Translations under genes and position numbers: made by a program
Part shown: positions 59,078-64,000 of the stretch, piece by piece
Layout of the letters: each line of letters opens with the position of its first letter
Position numbering within the stretch: position 1 is the stretch's first letter
Assembly (NCBI GenBank): GCA_965227775.1
Contig: OZ245777.1
Coordinates: forward strand, 2,432,001-2,496,000
Direction: 5' to 3'
Origin: Phycisphaerales bacterium
Lineage (GTDB): Bacteria > Planctomycetota > Phycisphaerae > Phycisphaerales > UBA1924
Length of the DNA stretch: 64,000 bases
Notes under the pieces: generated by a model
Told to the model about the DNA's origin: nothing
Database searches by the model: none
What the model saw: the letters and a program-made list of their open reading frames with translations, nothing else

Positions 59078-60558
59078 CGCACACCCTCGGCGATGCTCGC
59101 ACGATGCAGGAGCGCCTCGCGCGCGACAAGGCGGTCATCGAAGGGACGCTTCACAGTGCCACCCGAGTCCGTGCGGACGATCTGGTAGTCCTCGTGTCCT
59201 TTCCCGGCAATGACAACGACGTCGGAAGGGTCCGCCTGCGAGATTACGGCGCGGATGGCCGCTTCGCGGTCGGGGTCGCTTGCTTTCCATACGTGCTCTG
59301 GCACGCCCGCGAGCACCTCATGCACAATGGATGCCGGCTCCTCGGTTCGCGGGTTGTCGCTTGTTACGAATACGCGGTCGGCGAGCCTTCCGGCGACGGC
59401 GCCCATACGCGGACGTTTCGTGCGATCACGATCTCCACCGCATCCAAACAGGACCCAAAGCTTGCCCTCGCCCTTACGGCTGGCGACAGCGAGTAGTGCC
59501 TTCTCGAGCGCGTCGTCGGTGTGGGCGTAGTCAACCAGCACACGCGGGCCAGCGACGGCATTGACCTTGACGGGTTCGAGCCTGCCGGGGGGAGGGCCGA
59601 GGGTGGGCAAGGCGCGTTGAATCTGTTCGCGATCGAGGCCCATGGCGTGCGCCGCTGCGACCGATTGGAGCGCGTTCATCGCGTTGTGATCGCCGACGAG
59701 GGGGAGCGAAGCCTCGACCGACCCCCAGGGCCCAATCATCTCGACGCGGCTTTCCAGATCGGCCGCCACAATGCGCACGGTCGCGTCCGCTTCGCCGCGC
59801 ATCGAGCAACGCAGCACCCGAGCCTTGCACTCGCGGAGCATCCGCTCGCTCGCGGCATCGTCCGCGTTCACAATCGCCAGGGCATCTCGATCGAGCGACG
59901 AGAACAGCATCGATTTGGACTCGGCGTAGGCGTCCATGGTGCCGTGATAGTCCAGGTGGTCGCCGCTGAGGTTGGTGAAGATCGCCACCGCAAAGCCCAG
60001 CCCCGCGACGCGATGCTGGTGCAACGCGTGGCTCGAAGCCTCAATCGCGGCGAAGTCGCAGCCGTGGCCCACCATGCGCGCGAGCGAGGCGCTCAGTTCC
60101 TCTGCTGCCGGCGTCGTGAGATCGGCGGGTCGCAGCCCGGCGCCCTCGTCGATTTCGATCGTCCCGACCAGGCCGCACTTGTTGCCTGACGCCGAGAAGA
60201 GCTGCCGCACGAGCCAAGCGACGGTTGTCTTGCCGTTGGTGCCCGTCACGCCCATGAGGCCGAGCCGCGAACTGGGCGAGCCGTGCCAGCGTTCGGCGAC
60301 GATCGCCCCGGCCTGGGCCGGATTGTCGCACACGAGCGAGACCGGCGCGTCATGCCGCTTCGATCCGAGCACGGCGACCGCGCCTCGCTCCACGGCCTTG
60401 GCAACGTACTCGCTGCCGTCGCTCTTCACCCCGGGTCGTGCCACGAACAACCAGCCCAGATCGATCTTGCGGCTGTCTTCGGAGACACCGGCAATCCGAA
60501 CATCGACCGAGCCGTGCACGGTGATAGGGAGATCGACGATGAGTTCGCTCAGCAGCAT
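59074..60558 (-). CDS. murE: UDP-MurNAc-L-Ala-D-Glu--diaminopimelate ligase
   Basis: GVTGTNGKTT, LTTP, EASSH, FTNLSGDHLDYH, VDYAHT, GCGGDRD, DNPR, AGKGHE. Confidence 0.96.
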   Translation of the reverse strand: MLLSELIVDLPITVHGSVDVRIAGVSEDSRKIDLGWLFVARPGVKSDGSEYVAKAVERGAVAVLGSKRHDAPVSLVCDNPAQAGAIVAERWHGSPSSRLGLMGVTGTNGKTTVAWLVRQLFSASGNKCGLVGTIEIDEGAGLRPADLTTPAAEELSASLARMVGHGCDFAAIEASSHALHQHRVAGLGFAVAIFTNLSGDHLDYHGTMDAYAESKSMLFSSLDRDALAIVNADDAASERMLRECKARVLRCSMRGEADATVRIVAADLESRVEMIGPWGSVEASLPLVGDHNAMNALQSVAAAHAMGLDREQIQRALPTLGPPPGRLEPVKVNAVAGPRVLVDYAHTDDALEKALLAVASRKGEGKLWVLFGCGGDRDRTKRPRMGAVAGRLADRVFVTSDNPRTEEPASIVHEVLAGVPEHVWKASDPDREAAIRAVISQADPSDVVVIAGKGHEDYQIVRTDSGGTVKRPFDDRLVAREALLHRASIAEGVR

Positions 60559-60631
60559 GAGGTGCTCGACGATACGGCTGCCAGAGCATCGACCAAGCCG
60601 ACGCGGGTGGCCGAGATTTCGCGGGGTTTGG

Positions 60632-61738
60632 TCAAGGCAGCACCAGCATCGCATCGCCGTACGAATAGAACCGGTACCGCTGCTCGATCGCTGCCGTGTA
60701 GACCGCTTGGAGCTGCTCGACGCCTCCAGGCAGCAGGGCCGCCACCATGGCCATGAGCGTCGAGCGTGGCAGGTGGAAGTTGGTGATCAGGGCGCTGGCG
60801 AGCTTCCACTGGTAGCCGGGCGTGATGAGCAGATCGGTCTCGAACCAACCGCCAGGCCGACCGGCGCCGGCCTCGATCGTCCGGGCAGCTGTGGTGCCAA
60901 CCGCCACGACGCGTTGCCCTTGTCGCCGCGTGGCCTTGAGATCGTCCATCACGGCTGACGGGGCGTGGCATAGCTCGTGGTGCATGTCGTGGTCTTCGAC
61001 GTGCTCGGCCGCGACCTCTCGAAACGTCCCGGCACCGACATGCAGCGTCACGTCACGTCGGACGACGCCCCGTTCAGCCAGCGCCTCGAGCACGGATGGT
61101 GTGAAGTGCAGGCCGGCTGTCGGGGCTGCCACCGAGCCTGCCTCGGCCGGGTCGGCGTACACGGTCTGGTAGCGGTCATGGTCCTGGGCCTTCTCATCGA
61201 GCTGGCCGCCTTCGCGGCGGGCGCTGCGGATGTACGGCGGAAGGGGCACGTGCCCGATGTCCGCGAGCACCGCCATGCTGTGGCTCCGGAAGACCTCGTT
61301 GCTGTCCCAAGGCCCCCCGATGAGTCGAACGATCCAGGCTCCGGGGACCTTCGCATCTTGGTCGACGAGTTCGACTGCGTGAGCCGATGGTGCCCCATAG
61401 CGATCGAACAGCCGGATCCGAGCTCCTGGCTTGAACCTGCGGGCCTTCACCATGCACACCCAGGTGCCGGGCTCGCTTCCGAACTCGAGGAATAGCCCTT
61501 CTGCCTTGCCGCCGGTGTCCTCTCGCTGCCCGAGCAAGCGGGCGGGAATGACACGGCTGGTGTTCACGACGAGGCGATCGCCAGCATCCAGAAACTCTGG
61601 AAGGTCGCGAAAGACGGCGTGCTCGGGTGCTTGGTTGCTTCGCACGACCAGCAAGCGCGCGCTGTCCCGAGGCTCGGCCGGGGCGGTGGCGATGAGCTCG
61701 CGCGGCAGGTCGTATTCGAGGTCTCGTGTCCGCAGCAT
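60632..61738 (-). CDS. queA: S-adenosylmethionine:tRNA ribosyltransferase-isomerase
   Basis: YDLPRELIA, VIPARL, PLPPYI, YQTVYA, SVAAPTAGLHF, TNFHLPRSTL, YRFYSYGDAM. Confidence 0.97.
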   Translation of the reverse strand: MLRTRDLEYDLPRELIATAPAEPRDSARLLVVRSNQAPEHAVFRDLPEFLDAGDRLVVNTSRVIPARLLGQREDTGGKAEGLFLEFGSEPGTWVCMVKARRFKPGARIRLFDRYGAPSAHAVELVDQDAKVPGAWIVRLIGGPWDSNEVFRSHSMAVLADIGHVPLPPYIRSARREGGQLDEKAQDHDRYQTVYADPAEAGSVAAPTAGLHFTPSVLEALAERGVVRRDVTLHVGAGTFREVAAEHVEDHDMHHELCHAPSAVMDDLKATRRQGQRVVAVGTTAARTIEAGAGRPGGWFETDLLITPGYQWKLASALITNFHLPRSTLMAMVAALLPGGVEQLQAVYTAAIEQRYRFYSYGDAMLVLP

Positions 61739-61865
61739 GTGGTCCTCACGCAACGCCCGGGTGATGCGAGGCAGCATCATTGACACGGTCACCGCAGATC
61801 TGAACGGCTACAGAGGTGCTGCAGGCCGATGATTATCGGGCTTTCGGCCGTGGCACGTCGGTTTC

Positions 61866-62192
61866 ATGGTGTTGGGCGTGTCCGGCATCGCTACCAGTTC
61901 GATCGGCCTGCATTACGAGGCCCACCAGCCGCTGCGATTCAGCGAGTACCTCGAGAATCGCAACCGTGCTCAGGAAGTCGAGCGGGCGGCCGGGAAGCGG
62001 AGCGTCGAGGCGGCGGGCGGGGAGGCGTGCCGCCAGCGCTGCCACGCCCCGGCCGCCCCGCAGGCGGGCACGCCCACGCTGGCAGAGGTCAGCCCCGTGC
62101 CGCTTCCATACGCGCTCCCAGTCCGCGAGACACCGCAGGTGACGATCCAGCAGTTGCTGCCGATCGGCTCGATCATCGATGTGACGATCTGA
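61866..62192 (+). CDS. Small hypothetical protein
   Basis: 108-aa ORF filling the queA-gmhB gap; ends GSIIDVTI. Confidence 0.5.
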   Translation: MVLGVSGIATSSIGLHYEAHQPLRFSEYLENRNRAQEVERAAGKRSVEAAGGEACRQRCHAPAAPQAGTPTLAEVSPVPLPYALPVRETPQVTIQQLLPIGSIIDVTI

Positions 62193-62225
62193 TCCGGTTG
62201 GGAGCGTGCCGGCTAGACTCGGCCG

Positions 62226-62843
62226 GTGGTCGTCTTTCCGCCCGATATCCGTCCGTTGCCCGAAGCCCGCAACGCGCCCGGCCCACGCCGGCCGGCGGTG
62301 TTCTTTGATCGCGATGACACGCTCATCGAGAACGCGACGCTACCGGCAGAGGCGTTCGCCGGCACGCCGGGTGACCTCGCGAACCCTGCGTGGATCCGAC
62401 CTCTCCCGGGCGCGAAGGAGGCCTGTGCCCGGGCGTTCTCGCTTGGATATGTCGTTGTCATTGTGACCAACCAGGGTGTGGTCGCGCGGGGTGGCGCGTC
62501 GCTGGATGAGGTTGAGGCTGCCTGCGCGCGCACGATCGAGGTAATCGGGCCGGGTATTGACGCGTGCTTCGCGTGCCCGTTCCATCCCCACGGCACCGGT
62601 CCGACGGAGTATTGCCGCGAGCACGCGTGGCGTAAGCCACAGCCGGGCATGCTGCTGGCGGCGAGTGATCTGCTCTGGCTGGATCTCGGCCGTTCGTGGA
62701 TGGTGGGAGACGCACAGCGTGACATCGAAGCCGGCGAGGCGGCCGGATTGCCGGTGAATCAATGCCTGCTGTTGGCAGATGGGCTCACACTACGAGACGC
62801 CTTGGAGCGCATTGCAATGCACCCGGTGAGCGCGCATGGGTGA
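62226..62843 (+). CDS. gmhB: D,D-heptose 1,7-bisphosphate phosphatase (HAD-IIIA)
   Basis: FFDRDDTL, IVTNQG, CPFHP, RKPQPGML, WMVGD..RDIEAG. Confidence 0.85.
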   Translation: MVVFPPDIRPLPEARNAPGPRRPAVFFDRDDTLIENATLPAEAFAGTPGDLANPAWIRPLPGAKEACARAFSLGYVVVIVTNQGVVARGGASLDEVEAACARTIEVIGPGIDACFACPFHPHGTGPTEYCREHAWRKPQPGMLLAASDLLWLDLGRSWMVGDAQRDIEAGEAAGLPVNQCLLLADGLTLRDALERIAMHPVSAHG

Positions 62844-63948
62844 GGCCGTCGGCCAACACGATCGCCGGCTGCTCATCGTCCTGCCGTCGTGGGTGGGTGA
62901 TGCCGTGATGGCGACGCCGGCCCTGCGGCTGATCCGCGAGACCTTGCCCGGCTGGTTCATCGGGGCCATCTGCCGGCCCGGTATCGATCAGGTTCTTGCC
63001 GGCCTCGAAACGCTCGATGAGTTGCACGTGGCGCCAATGTCGGGTGTGTTCGGCCCGAAGCGCGTCGCGGCCCAGCTTCGGCCGCGGCGATACCGGGCGG
63101 CGCTGCTGCTGACCAACTCGTTCTCAACGGCGCTTGCGAGCCGGATCGCGGGCGTTCCGCTGCGCCTTGGGTACGACCGCGATGGTCGAGGCATGCTCCT
63201 GACGCACCGGCTTGCAGCGCCCAAGCGCGGCGATGGCGCGTGGGAGGTTGTGCCAGCCGCGGCGTACTACTACCACGCGGCCAGAGCCTTGCTCGACGTA
63301 TTGGCAGATCGAACGGTCGATGCACGAGCGGCGATCGAGCCCTTGCCGGCCCATGCGCACCTCAAGTTGGTCGTGACCGATGCCGAGGCGGTGCGGGCGA
63401 GTGAGGTACTCGAGAGCGCGAGCATTGCCGCCGATTCGCGGCTGGCGGTGCTCAATCCGGGTGGAAACAACCCGGCGAAGCGATGGCCGCCGGAGCGGTT
63501 CGCAGCACTGGCTGATTGGCTTGCCACGGAACACGGTCTGGCCTGCGTCATCAACGCATCGCCCGCGGAGGTCGAGATCGCCCGCGCGATCCAGAATGCT
63601 TCGTCGAAGCAGCCAGCGTGCCTGGCCGACCATGGCGGCTCGCTGGCCTCGCTCAAGGGCGTCTTGGCCCGAAGTTCTTTGATGGTGACCAACGACACGG
63701 GGCCTCGGCACATGGCGGCCGCCCTGGGCGTGCCGGTTGTGAGCCTGTTCGGGCCGACGGACCACCGCTGGACGACCATCCCCGCGCCCGCTGGCGAGGC
63801 CATCGTGCTCGCCGATCCGGACCTGCCTGAGGGCCAGACGGCCAACGACGACCCGCAGCGCAGCCGCATCGAGCGCATCACACTGGAACGGGTGCGAGAG
63901 GCCGCGACGGGGCTGCTCAACCCGAGCCGCTTGGGGGCCGATGATTGA
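62836..63948 (+). CDS. waaF: Glycosyltransferase family 9 (heptosyltransferase II-like)
   Basis: PSWVGDAVMATPAL, LLTNSF, NPGG..AKRWP, TNDTGPRHMAAALG, LFGPT. Confidence 0.85.
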   Translation: MGEAVGQHDRRLLIVLPSWVGDAVMATPALRLIRETLPGWFIGAICRPGIDQVLAGLETLDELHVAPMSGVFGPKRVAAQLRPRRYRAALLLTNSFSTALASRIAGVPLRLGYDRDGRGMLLTHRLAAPKRGDGAWEVVPAAAYYYHAARALLDVLADRTVDARAAIEPLPAHAHLKLVVTDAEAVRASEVLESASIAADSRLAVLNPGGNNPAKRWPPERFAALADWLATEHGLACVINASPAEVEIARAIQNASSKQPACLADHGGSLASLKGVLARSSLMVTNDTGPRHMAAALGVPVVSLFGPTDHRWTTIPAPAGEAIVLADPDLPEGQTANDDPQRSRIERITLERVREAATGLLNPSRLGADD

Positions 63949-64000
63949 CTGGTCGCGGGACGCCGAGGCTGTTACTATGACGGCCCTGCTCGGAGGGCGA

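Noticed and set aside
63977..64000. Possible start of a next gene (ATG 63977)
   Set aside because: Too short to support at the window edge.

Overview
High-GC bacterial chromosome segment, most likely Planctomycetota (Phycisphaerales-like), inferred from two C-terminal 'GC-type dockerin' modules (DxDGDGxLTIFDFLxFQNxFDAGC) and a planctomycete-style vWA/MoxR/DUF58/BatA/ABC operon. Housekeeping content: lepA, serS, tRNA-Asn(GTT), a complete trpEGDCFBA operon, msrB-msrA fusion, oppA/oppB, murE-murF-mraY, queA, gmhB, waaF-like GT9. No transposase, integrase, CRISPR array or rRNA was seen. Best finds: (1) a 35-aa Trp-rich leader peptide (W-L-W-R-W), absent from the ORF track, behind a near-consensus sigma70 promoter, with alternative hairpins but no U-tract, suggesting a leaderless, translational or Rho-type trp attenuator; (2) repeated TANNNT boxes 5-10 nt before start codons, suggesting widespread leaderless transcription; (3) an FG-GAP repeat joined directly to a dockerin at a shared DxDGDG loop; (4) a TPR gene sitting exactly at an ATGA coupling point with a 6-bp duplication; (5) a voltage-gated channel with a TLEDWTD filter; (6) uncharacterised envelope genes coupled to mraY; (7) a CheX-like/CheY/FapA/PilZ module with degenerate motifs; (8) two single-base gene lesions; (9) a five-hairpin intergenic cluster. 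All family calls come from motif recognition by eye; no database searches were run.
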